This document shows positions 10,117 through 19,632 of a DNA stretch of 64,000 nucleotides, in pieces (the stretch's first letter is position 1; each line of letters begins with the position of its first letter). Origin of the DNA: a virus. The position numbers and the translations under genes were made by a program. The notes beneath the pieces were generated by a model that saw only the letters and a list, made by a program, of their open reading frames with translations, was not told where the DNA came from and did no database searches. The stretch covers positions 32,001-96,000 of the IMG/VR virus record IMGVR_UViG_3300032050_000036. One strand, given 5' to 3'.

Positions 10117-11207
10117 TGAAAAAAATTTTTATAATTCTTGTTTTAATTTTTGGCATAACTCCAGCGCATGCAAATAATGGCAAAGATGCTACAGGAGATC
10201 CAAAAGTAGTAGCACTAATTCATTGGAATTCAGATAATACACAAGGCTGTTCGGGAGCATTAGTGGCCCCTCGTATTGTTTTTACAGCAGCACACTGCCT
10301 TTCAAGAATGCCAAAAAGTGGTAAATGGCAGCCAGACTATGACACAGAATTACCAGTTTCTGGTATGTTATCTGATAAAACTCCAATGTGGGTTTTATCC
10401 CCTGGCGAAAAAGTATATTTAGAAAATAATAAGCCAAATATAAATAGAGTAAAGGTTATTGCTCAATTTGCTTCAACAGAATACAAAGATTCTGGCTGTT
10501 TAAATAATGATAAAAGTTTATGTCATGGCTCTATAAATGATTTTGGTGTTTTAATTCTTGAAAAACCACTAGGAAATTCTTATTTTAAATATGCTTCAAA
10601 AGAAATTGTTCAGGAAATGGTTTTAAATAAATCAAAAATGTTAGCATTGGGATACGGAAGAAGTTCTGGTAATGATATTCAACCTAATCCAAATTTTATG
10701 GAAGTAACAGCAAACACTAAAGTTATGATTCAAAATAATAGTTTCTGTATTCTTACTAACAATAAATATTGTGAAGGATCTAATTTGGTTGTACATGCTA
10801 AAAATAAAGTTGGCGAACATTGGGGTGGAGGAGATTCTGGAAGTCCCCTATGGTATTTTTATCAAAACGAATGGCTTTATGTAGGAGCGATGAGTGGATC
10901 TGCTGGTTGTTCAGCAGAACATTATCCTAATGGCCCAACATGCCGAGATAAGTGGTGGAATGAAAATGGTTATGGAGAATACTGGACGGCTTTTTCTTAT
11001 AATGAAGTAATCTTAAAAGCAGAACTATTTCTAAAAACTCAAGAAGATAATGAAAATAAAACAAAAGAAAAACTATTGCCAAACCCTGAAATACAAAAAC
11101 AAACAAATATAGGTAAACAACTTAAGTGCAAACATAATAAAAGAAATATTATTATGAGCATAAAAGGAAAAAAATGTCCTAGTGGATACTCTTTTTATAA
11201 TGGATAA
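10116..11207 (+). CDS. Secreted trypsin-like serine protease
   Basis: Signal peptide; catalytic triad motifs TAAHC, DFG and GDSGSP. Confidence 0.85.
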   Translation: MKKIFIILVLIFGITPAHANNGKDATGDPKVVALIHWNSDNTQGCSGALVAPRIVFTAAHCLSRMPKSGKWQPDYDTELPVSGMLSDKTPMWVLSPGEKVYLENNKPNINRVKVIAQFASTEYKDSGCLNNDKSLCHGSINDFGVLILEKPLGNSYFKYASKEIVQEMVLNKSKMLALGYGRSSGNDIQPNPNFMEVTANTKVMIQNNSFCILTNNKYCEGSNLVVHAKNKVGEHWGGGDSGSPLWYFYQNEWLYVGAMSGSAGCSAEHYPNGPTCRDKWWNENGYGEYWTAFSYNEVILKAELFLKTQEDNENKTKEKLLPNPEIQKQTNIGKQLKCKHNKRNIIMSIKGKKCPSGYSFYNG

Positions 11208-11658
11208 AATTAATAATTTAGACGAAAATGTTTTTATTATAAAAAATTTTTTAAGCAATGATGAGTTTGATGATGCATTGCGTGGAGATTTTAATCTTAT
11301 TAAATTAAAAATTTCAAATATATTTAATAATCAATACTCAGTCAAAGGTTCTGGAAGAATTAGAGTTCTTAGTGTTGGAGAGTTTATGGAACCACATTCA
11401 GACCAGCACAAAGATAGTTGTAAGTGTGGATATTGTTCTTTAGGGCATAATAATAAAAAAATATATGCTGCCGTTATATATTTAAATGATGACTATTCTG
11501 GAGGAGAAATATTTTATACTAATAAAAATATTAAACATAAGCCATCAGCCAATAGTTTAATTTGTCATCCAGCATCAGAAGAATATACACATGAGGTTTT
11601 GCCAGTCCTTACTGGAGAAAGAAAATCAATTTCATTCTTTTTAACTGATGGTGTATAA
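11200..11658 (+). CDS. 2OG-Fe(II) oxygenase, prolyl-4-hydroxylase-like
   Basis: HSD, VIYLNDDYSGGE, HEV..V..GER motifs. Confidence 0.85.
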   Translation: MDKINNLDENVFIIKNFLSNDEFDDALRGDFNLIKLKISNIFNNQYSVKGSGRIRVLSVGEFMEPHSDQHKDSCKCGYCSLGHNNKKIYAAVIYLNDDYSGGEIFYTNKNIKHKPSANSLICHPASEEYTHEVLPVLTGERKSISFFLTDGV

Positions 11659-11667
11659 TAAATAAAT

Positions 11668-12333
11668 ATGACTTTTAAAATAAAAAACAATATATCTGGA
11701 TCAGAATTTTGGGTAGATTCTGAATTTTTAAATTTTCCAGAGTTAGAAGAACAATCTTTTATACCAAGTAAGTGGTCTTGTTATAATAAAATAGGAGATG
11801 ACTATGATAATAAAATTATTAAGCCTGTTAATAAATATGTACTAGAACTTTATCCAAAACCAGAAATTATACAAAAAACAAATAATAAAATAGTTTTAAG
11901 ACAAAAGACACATGCTGAGATATGGGTTGAGCCATTAAAACGTTATTCAGAAGAAACTCTTTATGCATTAGATAAATGTCATCAAAGACAGTTTTATCCA
12001 TCTAGTTTTAAAATTTTTTCAGAGGAGTGTTTTTTGGCAACGTATAGATTTTATATGCCATGGTTTCCTGACTTAAGAACAAACATATTTTTTAAAAATA
12101 TAGAAGACGAATTCTCTCCGTTTAAAGTTAAAAATGATGCAGTTGTTTTTTATCCCCCAGAAAAAAATGATAAATATGTTAACACATGCTTTATACATTT
12201 TAATATTAAAAAAAATGGACCACACATGAAAGACGATAGGTATGGTATCATAGATATAGGATCTCCAATGTATGACATGGAGTTAAAGTTGGATGAAGAC
12301 ATAATAGAAAAGATTGCTAATGAGTATGAATGA
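11668..12333 (+). CDS. Hypothetical protein in the oxygenase cluster
   Basis: 221-aa ORF preceded by TGTATAAT. Confidence 0.65.
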   Translation: MTFKIKNNISGSEFWVDSEFLNFPELEEQSFIPSKWSCYNKIGDDYDNKIIKPVNKYVLELYPKPEIIQKTNNKIVLRQKTHAEIWVEPLKRYSEETLYALDKCHQRQFYPSSFKIFSEECFLATYRFYMPWFPDLRTNIFFKNIEDEFSPFKVKNDAVVFYPPEKNDKYVNTCFIHFNIKKNGPHMKDDRYGIIDIGSPMYDMELKLDEDIIEKIANEYE

Positions 12334-13051
12334 AGAAGAGTATCAGCAAATATCTTTTATTGGGCATAAAAGAGAAGGATATCCAGAGCCAGAGCCTTCT
12401 TATAAAAAAATACCACAATGGTACAGAGATTTAGCAAAACATGGCACTAGCAATGATTTAGCGGACTTAGACCCAATTAATGATAGAGGTGGCGACGGAT
12501 CAAATGTTTCTACAAAATTGTGTATGCCATTTTTTGATGCAATGGCATTAGGATATCAGTATCCTTTAGAAGATGACTTAACAGTAACATTAGACAAAAA
12601 CGGTAAACCTAAACTTAGTTGGTCAAAAGATTTTATGTTAATTGATAAAAGACCAACTGTGGATATGGCAGTACCAAAAGATGTACACCCTATACATTTT
12701 GGAATAAAAATGCATTGGTTTTATGAAACACCTCCAGGGTATTCTTTATTGATGACCAATCCAATTAATAGGCCAGACCTCCCATTCTGGACCCCAACAG
12801 GGATTGTCGATTCTGATATATGGGGTTTACCAATCTTTATGCCTTTTTTTATAAAAAGAGACTTTGAAGGGGTAATAAAGTCTGGGACACCTGTTTTTCA
12901 AATGATACCTATCAAAAGAGAACAGTGGGAGATGTCGTTTGACACATCCAAGGAGTCTATAGAAAAACATGATCTAAGATCAGAAAACAGAAGATCGCAT
13001 ATTACAGCACATTATCGTAAATTTGCGTGGAGAAAAAAAGAATATAGATAG
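12320..13051 (+). CDS. Conserved phage protein (DUF6065-like)
   Basis: CMPFFDAM..GY, TPPGYS, GIVDSD and GTPVFQMIP motifs. Confidence 0.65.
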   Translation: MSMNEEEYQQISFIGHKREGYPEPEPSYKKIPQWYRDLAKHGTSNDLADLDPINDRGGDGSNVSTKLCMPFFDAMALGYQYPLEDDLTVTLDKNGKPKLSWSKDFMLIDKRPTVDMAVPKDVHPIHFGIKMHWFYETPPGYSLLMTNPINRPDLPFWTPTGIVDSDIWGLPIFMPFFIKRDFEGVIKSGTPVFQMIPIKREQWEMSFDTSKESIEKHDLRSENRRSHITAHYRKFAWRKKEYR

Positions 13052-13077
13052 ATGTAGTATAATGTATAAAGACCAAA

Positions 13078-13740
13078 ATGAATGGAGACAATATGATTGG
13101 CACTGATAATTTCAAAGAACATAAATTTTTTGAAAAATATTTAAATAATGATTTAAATGATTTACAACAATTCTTAGAAAAAAAATATGAACTAATTACT
13201 TCGGCACGATTAAGAGGGGTCGAAGAGTTAGGGGATAAGGATCTAGCCTGGACTTCTTCTGGAAGTATATCTACCGTTAAGTGGCAAGAATATAATGTTT
13301 TTCAACTATATCATCCTGGAATTTATAATTTATTTAATGCAATTTCTAACACCATGAAAGAGGCATGCGAATACTATGGTATAGATTTTGAAAAAGAAAA
13401 ATATTATGTACAGGGATGGTTCAATATAAATAATAAAGATACTGGCAAACTAGATTGGCATGATCATGGAGATGGCTTTGCGCCAAGATTTCATGGATAT
13501 TATTGTGTAAATGCAGAGCCTTCATCTACATATTATAAATTATTTAACGATGATAATAAAGTAGTTGAAAATATTAATAAAAATAATAGAATGATCATAT
13601 CTGAAATGGGGCATCCACATGCAATGGGTGACTGGTCTTGGAGTGGTCCAAGAATAACCATAGCGTATGACATAATGCCAATTAAGTTGTTGATCGAAAA
13701 TAATCTTACAATTGAGCAACACTGGATTCCGTTACTATGA
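13078..13740 (+). CDS. 2OG-Fe(II) oxygenase-fold protein
   Basis: WFNIN, WHDH, GYYCV, HAM and RITIAYD motifs. Confidence 0.7.
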   Translation: MNGDNMIGTDNFKEHKFFEKYLNNDLNDLQQFLEKKYELITSARLRGVEELGDKDLAWTSSGSISTVKWQEYNVFQLYHPGIYNLFNAISNTMKEACEYYGIDFEKEKYYVQGWFNINNKDTGKLDWHDHGDGFAPRFHGYYCVNAEPSSTYYKLFNDDNKVVENINKNNRMIISEMGHPHAMGDWSWSGPRITIAYDIMPIKLLIENNLTIEQHWIPLL

Positions 13741-14585
13741 ACACAATAGATGTTTTTATTTATGGATATAAAAGTAAACTTTTACCAGAGTCTGCTAGAT
13801 CAATTTTAGAAAATCAAAGCGGCAACTATCAAATAAATATAAAAGTTTATGATCAAATAAATTTAAACAGAAATGAAAAATTTAGTAATATTTCTTATAC
13901 GCATATTTTTTGGGATGATGTCAGATCTAAATTTTTATTTTTAGAAAATGAAATAAAACAATCAAATGCAGAATATTTTTTGTTTATTGATGGTGCAACC
14001 ATATTTCAAAAAAATTGGGATATGGAATTAGTTATGGGGCATGGAGGTAACAATGTTATTTTTTCTGGTAGACATAAAATAAATTTTAATAAAAATAATA
14101 TTTATAAATTTTATTCAGAATATACAAGGTCAGATCTTTCTTCAACAGAAATTACTAATTGGATAGTTAAAGATTTTGTTTTTATGAAAACAGAATTATT
14201 CAAGCAATTTCCATCTATATCTAGATTAAAGTATAGAGGATACGAAGAGGTATATTCTTTTTATGCTGCAGGAAAAAATATTCCAATTTTTGCAATCGCA
14301 ACAGCGTGGGCAGAAAACCATGAAGTTCCTATCGATAGTTTTGACTATCTTCCTTTTTCAATAAATAGTGGCTACAATGAATTAATCGATAACATTAAAG
14401 GTAATAATGAAATATTTTTAAAAAATCTAGATGGAGTTAAAAACCTATCAGAATTTCATTCATATGACTTTACTTTATTGTCCAAGGTCCCATTTATTCA
14501 AAATGACATAGAGTATGATCCAAGAATGGACCTAGACAATATGGATGGAGAACGCTTTCATAATGTTATTAAATCAATATATTAG
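13737..14585 (+). CDS. Putative GT-A fold glycosyltransferase
   Basis: YFLFIDG..F..NWD and YRGYEE segments typical of GT2/GlcNAc-transferase-like proteins. Confidence 0.5.
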   Translation: MNTIDVFIYGYKSKLLPESARSILENQSGNYQINIKVYDQINLNRNEKFSNISYTHIFWDDVRSKFLFLENEIKQSNAEYFLFIDGATIFQKNWDMELVMGHGGNNVIFSGRHKINFNKNNIYKFYSEYTRSDLSSTEITNWIVKDFVFMKTELFKQFPSISRLKYRGYEEVYSFYAAGKNIPIFAIATAWAENHEVPIDSFDYLPFSINSGYNELIDNIKGNNEIFLKNLDGVKNLSEFHSYDFTLLSKVPFIQNDIEYDPRMDLDNMDGERFHNVIKSIY

Positions 14586-14614
14586 ATATATGGTATAATG
14601 AAAAAGGAGGAAAA

Positions 14615-15178
14615 ATGATTACACAACCAGTAGTAATAGAAAATTTCATAGATCCAAAAGATGCTGAAGTTCTTCTAAAAGAAATGTCTAGTCCATCTGA
14701 GATAAACCCTTATCCTAATTACTATAAGACTAGATTTGGAGGAACTGGATATCCATATAATAAAACAGTTATTGAGTTGCACAAAAAATATTCTTTGTTA
14801 TCAAATAAAGTACATCAAGAATTAAATCCAGAAGAAACAAAAGAAATTAAAACATTCAAGGCTTTTGGTTCAACGTGGACTTCTGGTCAATACGGCCTTC
14901 CACATATTGATGATCAATATCCAGAAGAATTTATAGAATATAGCACAGTCATTTACTTAAACGATGAATTTACTGGAGGGAATATATTTTTCCCAGCACT
15001 GTCATATGAGTATGTACCTAAAAAATATTCAGGGGTATTCTTTTTAAGTAAAGGAAATCTATGGAAACATGGAATTACGCCAGTAGAAAGTGGAACCAGG
15101 TCAACATTGTTGTACATGCATACGACACAAACAGAGCATAAGGATGGATTTGTTATTATAGATCCAGACCTAAACTAG
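14615..15178 (+). CDS. 2OG-Fe(II) oxygenase, prolyl-4-hydroxylase-like
   Basis: HID, VIYLNDEFTGG, HGITPVESGTR. Confidence 0.85.
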   Translation: MITQPVVIENFIDPKDAEVLLKEMSSPSEINPYPNYYKTRFGGTGYPYNKTVIELHKKYSLLSNKVHQELNPEETKEIKTFKAFGSTWTSGQYGLPHIDDQYPEEFIEYSTVIYLNDEFTGGNIFFPALSYEYVPKKYSGVFFLSKGNLWKHGITPVESGTRSTLLYMHTTQTEHKDGFVIIDPDLN

Positions 15179-15185
15179 GAGAGAA

Positions 15186-16007
15186 ATGGTTAATTTTAGA
15201 AATACTACATTTGCAATGCTAGAGAATCATCCAGATCAATCATCTATTGACTGGAAGTTTTGTACAAGAGACAACTATCTTAAGTTTGAGGAAATATTTC
15301 GTAAAAATGTGCTCTTCTTTGATCCATTTTTAGTAGAAGGGTTTTTTGAAAAACCTGACTTTGAAGAATTAAAAGGTATCTTAGAATCAAAAGATGTGCG
15401 TGAAATTGCTTATACTAAGCAAATGAATAAATGGGAAGATGCGGTTGAAATCCCTCAATATTTTTTTGATAAGGCGATTAAACGTACACAAGACCTTCTA
15501 GGCACCAACGATGTAGAGTTAGGATATTATCTATATGCTCATCATCAAATTACTGCTGAAGGACGCAAGCCATTCCTACAGGTTCATCTAGACTGGTCTC
15601 CAGGCTGCTACATGGTTGATCTTCATATCGGTGGTAATCGTGATTGGGGCTTTGTTGCTCACGATAAAGAGTTTATTACCAAGCCAAACGATGCAATTAT
15701 TGTACAGCCAGAACTAGACTTTCATTATCGTCCAGCATGGAATTCAGACGATCCAAATGAAAACTACAAAGTTTTATTTTTCCATCTTGTTCGTAAAGAT
15801 CATTGGAAAAATTTATATGGAGATGGCTTTATTAAAGATGCAGACTTCTTAGCATTTCAGAATCAGAGATTGCATATATGGCAAGAACTTTATGTTAATC
15901 ATGTAATATCAGTTCCTGGTCTACCAGCCCCAGTATTTAGTTCTGATGATGACTTAACAGAAGATGATAAAAGAATTTTTAATGTAGAAAAAAGGGTGGA
16001 AATGTAA
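15186..16007 (+). CDS. Putative 2OG-Fe(II) oxygenase
   Basis: HLD...HYR motifs, lies within the oxygenase cluster. Confidence 0.55.
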   Translation: MVNFRNTTFAMLENHPDQSSIDWKFCTRDNYLKFEEIFRKNVLFFDPFLVEGFFEKPDFEELKGILESKDVREIAYTKQMNKWEDAVEIPQYFFDKAIKRTQDLLGTNDVELGYYLYAHHQITAEGRKPFLQVHLDWSPGCYMVDLHIGGNRDWGFVAHDKEFITKPNDAIIVQPELDFHYRPAWNSDDPNENYKVLFFHLVRKDHWKNLYGDGFIKDADFLAFQNQRLHIWQELYVNHVISVPGLPAPVFSSDDDLTEDDKRIFNVEKRVEM

Positions 16008-16684
16008 TGTTTACTTATGAAAAACTAGGAGATGGATTAATATATTATAAAAATATAATGCAGGATCCATATAAAATAATTGAAGATATAGAATTACTAA
16101 ATAACAAAGTTATTGAAGACTTAGAGAACAGGGTTGCTGGAGCAGAAGAAAGTTCTGCAAAGCCTTGGCATAATTGGGATCATGATCAGGACGATATGCA
16201 TTTACATTTTTGTAAACAAAGATGGCTACCAAGATCAGAAGATATGTCAAAAGATGATATTTATTATCAAGAACACTCCTCTATATCAGATAGATTATTT
16301 TTAGCATTAGACACAAGTTTTGAGCATTACTCAAAAGAACTATATCCTTATGCCTCAAGAAATATAAAAGGCAAAGAAGATAGAATGAGTATTTTAAAAT
16401 ATGAAAAAGCAGGGTATTTGCCTGCACACACAGACCATGGCTCAAGTAGCAGAACACTTTCTGTTGTTTTATATTTAAACGATAACTATGACGGAGGAGA
16501 GATAACATTTCCTCAAGTAGGAAACGGAGTAAAAATAAAGCCAGAGGCTGGAAGTGCAATATTTTTCCCATCAAATTATGTTTTTGTACATGAAGTTTCA
16601 GAGGTTTCAAATGGTATCAGATATGCTTTGCCTAACTGGTATCATAATATGATTAATAAAATATATACGGACGGTACAGAATGA
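16007..16684 (+). CDS. 2OG-Fe(II) oxygenase, prolyl-4-hydroxylase-like
   Basis: HTD, VLYLNDNYDGGE, FPSN..HEV..V..GIRY. Confidence 0.88.
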   Translation: MFTYEKLGDGLIYYKNIMQDPYKIIEDIELLNNKVIEDLENRVAGAEESSAKPWHNWDHDQDDMHLHFCKQRWLPRSEDMSKDDIYYQEHSSISDRLFLALDTSFEHYSKELYPYASRNIKGKEDRMSILKYEKAGYLPAHTDHGSSSRTLSVVLYLNDNYDGGEITFPQVGNGVKIKPEAGSAIFFPSNYVFVHEVSEVSNGIRYALPNWYHNMINKIYTDGTE

Positions 16685-16860
16685 TTCCAGATGAAAAAGA
16701 ATATACTAGATTATTAAATGAACTTAATTTTATGTATATAAAATATCAAGAGTTATGTGCAGCATATAAAAAATTAGCGCTTGGCAAACTTGGAGATACT
16801 ACAACACATGATCAAAGTCATATGAACTTTGAAGATGAAGGAGAAAATAGATATGTCTGA
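16681..16860 (+). CDS. Hypothetical protein (59 aa, not in ORF track)
   Basis: ATGA overlap with the upstream gene; MIPDEKEYTRLLNELNFMY. Confidence 0.55.
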   Translation: MIPDEKEYTRLLNELNFMYIKYQELCAAYKKLALGKLGDTTTHDQSHMNFEDEGENRYV

Positions 16861-17074
16861 ATCAAGAAAAAGAAGTTTACTTAAAACTTTAAGTTGGGAA
16901 ACCTTTCATTTAATTGGTGTTGCTGGTGTATTGGCAGTAGGGGTATACATAGCCACTGGTGAATGGGAATACGAATATGCCGCTTTCGGAGCACTTGTAT
17001 ATATTGCTTGGGAAGCCCTGGGATATTTTCTTCATGAAAGAGTTTGGGATAAATTTGGTAAGAGGGTAAAGTGA
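16853..17074 (+). CDS. DUF2061-like small membrane protein
   Basis: ESRKRSLLKTLSW...YFLHERVW. Confidence 0.7.
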   Translation: MSESRKRSLLKTLSWETFHLIGVAGVLAVGVYIATGEWEYEYAAFGALVYIAWEALGYFLHERVWDKFGKRVK

Positions 17075-17184
17075 TGAGAATTAAAATTATTAAGTTTGTT
17101 GTAAAGTTTTTAGGCTATGAATGGTCTGGAGATAACGTAAATCTTCCAGTATGGCAGGTAAAGGCAAAGAAAAAGAATAAATAA
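17074..17184 (+). CDS. Small hypothetical protein (36 aa)
   Basis: TGATG and TAATG coupling at both ends. Confidence 0.5.
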   Translation: MRIKIIKFVVKFLGYEWSGDNVNLPVWQVKAKKKNK

Positions 17185-17369
17185 TGCCTTCATACGAATA
17201 TGACTGCATGGCCTGTGCTATTCGATATACCAAAATTAGAAGTATGTCAGAAAATGATCCAGGGTATAAATGTGATACTTGCAATCAGATGCTAGTTCGT
17301 GTATACTCTAATGTAGGAGTTACTTTCAATGGCTCTGGATTCTATAAAACTGATAATAGAAAGGTATAA
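17184..17369 (+). CDS. FmdB-family zinc-ribbon protein
   Basis: MPSYEYDC..C...C..C and FNGSGFYKTD. Confidence 0.85.
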   Translation: MPSYEYDCMACAIRYTKIRSMSENDPGYKCDTCNQMLVRVYSNVGVTFNGSGFYKTDNRKV

Positions 17370-17370
17370 T

Positions 17371-17628
17371 ATGTTTAGTATGCTAAAGAACAAAGAAGAG
17401 CAAAAGGTATGGCTTCTTGATGCTACAGATCGCTGTGACCGTTGTGGCGCACAGGCTTATGTAAAGGTAATTGGAAAAAATGGATCAGACTTGCTATTTT
17501 GCGGACACCATTATAATAAGGCAATGGATAACGCAATTGGATATGACAGTATGATGAAGTTTGCCATAGAAATTGTAGACGAAAGAGAACGTCTAATAGA
17601 AAATAAATTAGTAGGTAGTGAAAATTAA
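17371..17628 (+). CDS. Conserved actinobacterial-type zinc-binding protein
   Basis: DRCDRCGAQAY...LLFCGHH. Confidence 0.7.
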   Translation: MFSMLKNKEEQKVWLLDATDRCDRCGAQAYVKVIGKNGSDLLFCGHHYNKAMDNAIGYDSMMKFAIEIVDERERLIENKLVGSEN

Positions 17629-18047
17629 TGTATGAGTATAGAGTAAAAAACTTAACAAAAATTGTTGATGGCGATACAATCGATGTTGATATAGATCTTG
17701 GGTTTAACATATCATATTCTCAAAGAGTTCGTCTTGCTGGAATAGATACCCCAGAATCAAGAACGGCAGATAAAATTGAAAAAAATTTAGGTCTTGAGTC
17801 AAAAGAATATCTCAAAAACAAACTAAAGGATGCCAAAACAATAATAATTAAAACAGAAAAGCCAGACTCTTCGGAAAAGTATGGTCGTATTTTAGGTTGG
17901 ATTTATGCTGATGGAGACACGATTTCTATCAATGACCATATGATTGAAGACGGGTATGCTTGGGGATACTTGGGTGATACTAAGGTAAAAGATTTTGCTG
18001 CGCTTGCTGCACAAAGAGAAAAGGCTAAAAATGGAAGAAATAAGTGA
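17628..18047 (+). CDS. Thermonuclease (SNase-like)
   Basis: IVDGDT, RVRLAGIDTPE and KYGRILG motifs. Confidence 0.9.
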   Translation: MYEYRVKNLTKIVDGDTIDVDIDLGFNISYSQRVRLAGIDTPESRTADKIEKNLGLESKEYLKNKLKDAKTIIIKTEKPDSSEKYGRILGWIYADGDTISINDHMIEDGYAWGYLGDTKVKDFAALAAQREKAKNGRNK

Positions 18048-18354
18048 TTTTGATAAACTTTTGTTATCTGGAGTAATTGAACCAGCAGCGCTTGATTCAA
18101 ATACTGGGGAAATGCTTTATACTTTTTCTAAAAATTTAGAAGAAACAAATCCAGCATTACATAAATTAGTTATTGATAATTTTTATAAAACTTCTATTAA
18201 ACTTTGGGAATTAGGATTTTTAAATATGGATATAACAAATAGCAATCCATTAGTAGCATTAACGCCTTTTGCATTCAATGAAAATAAAATTAACCAATTG
18301 GATGAAGATTTACAGTTTGCCCTATCAGAAATCAAAAGAGGTTTAAATCAATAG
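18031..18354 (+). CDS. Hypothetical protein
   Basis: ORF coupled to its neighbours. Confidence 0.65.
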   Translation: MEEISDFDKLLLSGVIEPAALDSNTGEMLYTFSKNLEETNPALHKLVIDNFYKTSIKLWELGFLNMDITNSNPLVALTPFAFNENKINQLDEDLQFALSEIKRGLNQ

Positions 18355-18367
18355 GGGAGTATAATTA

Positions 18368-18802
18368 GTGGTTATGGACTATCTAATTGGATTTTTTATA
18401 TGCATTTTTGTATTATATACTGTTGCAAAATTACAAATAAAATATAATATTTTAAAAGATCAAAAAGTTAAACCAATAAGGTATAGTCAAAGCCATGTGC
18501 ACTCTCTTGTATTTCCTTTATTGCCAAAACCAGAAAAAATAAAAAAAATAATTAAAAGTCAGGCCTCTATTATTGATAAACAAAATCATATAAAAGTTAT
18601 AATAATGGATAATAAAGCGTATTGGATTAAAGATAATACATTTTATACAGCAGAAATGTCAATAGATGGAACTGTAGATAAGGATAGTACAACAAGAGTT
18701 GACACGGATAGTATGAGTAAGGTACAATTAGATAAGATGTTGTTCATTGTAGATAAACTTCGAGAAGGGACTTTTGATGATAGTGGGAGTGCAGGGGACT
18801 AG
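18368..18802 (+). CDS. Hypothetical protein with N-terminal TM helix
   Basis: Hydrophobic N-terminus; TATAAT just upstream. Confidence 0.65.
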   Translation: MVMDYLIGFFICIFVLYTVAKLQIKYNILKDQKVKPIRYSQSHVHSLVFPLLPKPEKIKKIIKSQASIIDKQNHIKVIIMDNKAYWIKDNTFYTAEMSIDGTVDKDSTTRVDTDSMSKVQLDKMLFIVDKLREGTFDDSGSAGD

Positions 18803-19127
18803 TAGTTTTGATGACTACCAGATCTTTCTTCGTGCTATTGGTGTTGCTCTTTCCAGTATAAGTAATCAGGATCCGTACTTTTATATATACACTGCTGGAC
18901 CAGCCAAGGTTAACTCTATGGTTATGGAGTTTGTAAACGTATCTGAGCGAAGCATGAAGTCACGTGGTCTTAAGATAAAGATGTATAAAGTTCCTCCATC
19001 ATGGATAGAGGAAAATATTTCTGACTTTAACTATTTAGCATTTCTTTCTAAACCGAAAGAGACAACATCTAGATTGGTTAAAGTGGCAGAAGAAAATAAT
19101 GTAGAAGTAGGAATATTTAGATACTAG
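18777..19127 (+). CDS. Hypothetical protein (SLOG/YspA-like fold possible)
   Basis: MIVGVQGT..F.DY start. Confidence 0.55.
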   Translation: MIVGVQGTSSFDDYQIFLRAIGVALSSISNQDPYFYIYTAGPAKVNSMVMEFVNVSERSMKSRGLKIKMYKVPPSWIEENISDFNYLAFLSKPKETTSRLVKVAEENNVEVGIFRY

Positions 19128-19135
19128 GAGAAAAG

Positions 19136-19354
19136 ATGATAGTAAAAACATTAGAAGAGATGGAAAGCATAGTTTCAAATAATAAAAATTTATTTTGGGA
19201 CGGATGGACCGTAGTAAGTAGACATCAATCAAATAAAGCAAAATCTTCTAAAGATGGAATATATCTAAATAATAAATGGTATATATCTAAAAGATTTGAA
19301 CCGAATAGGGATGGATGGGACATACCAGAAAGACTTATCCATCAATATGCATAA
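19136..19354 (+). CDS. Hypothetical protein
   Basis: AGGAG RBS; WDGW motif. Confidence 0.65.
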   Translation: MIVKTLEEMESIVSNNKNLFWDGWTVVSRHQSNKAKSSKDGIYLNNKWYISKRFEPNRDGWDIPERLIHQYA

Positions 19355-19628
19355 AAATAAATGGAAAGATAATGCGTTGTGTTTAGATTATGATACTAAT
19401 TTGTTTTTTGATAAATATGAAGAAGAGGTTTCATTTAGAGGTGCAATAGATAAGTTATGTCTTGAGTGTCCAGTTATAAAGACTTGCTTTGCAGTAGGAG
19501 TATCCGCTAAAGAGTGGGGTGTCTGGGGTGGTGTTTACTTGTCATCTGGAGAAGTCTCAAAAGAGTTTAATGAGCACAAAACAGAAGAAGTTTGGTCTGA
19601 TATATGGAAAAAAATGGTGATAGACTAA
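19347..19628 (+). CDS. whiB: WhiB-family Fe-S transcription factor
   Basis: W...ALC, LFF, C..CPV...C and GVWGG signature. Confidence 0.9.
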   Translation: MHKNKWKDNALCLDYDTNLFFDKYEEEVSFRGAIDKLCLECPVIKTCFAVGVSAKEWGVWGGVYLSSGEVSKEFNEHKTEEVWSDIWKKMVID

Positions 19629-19632
19629 AAAT

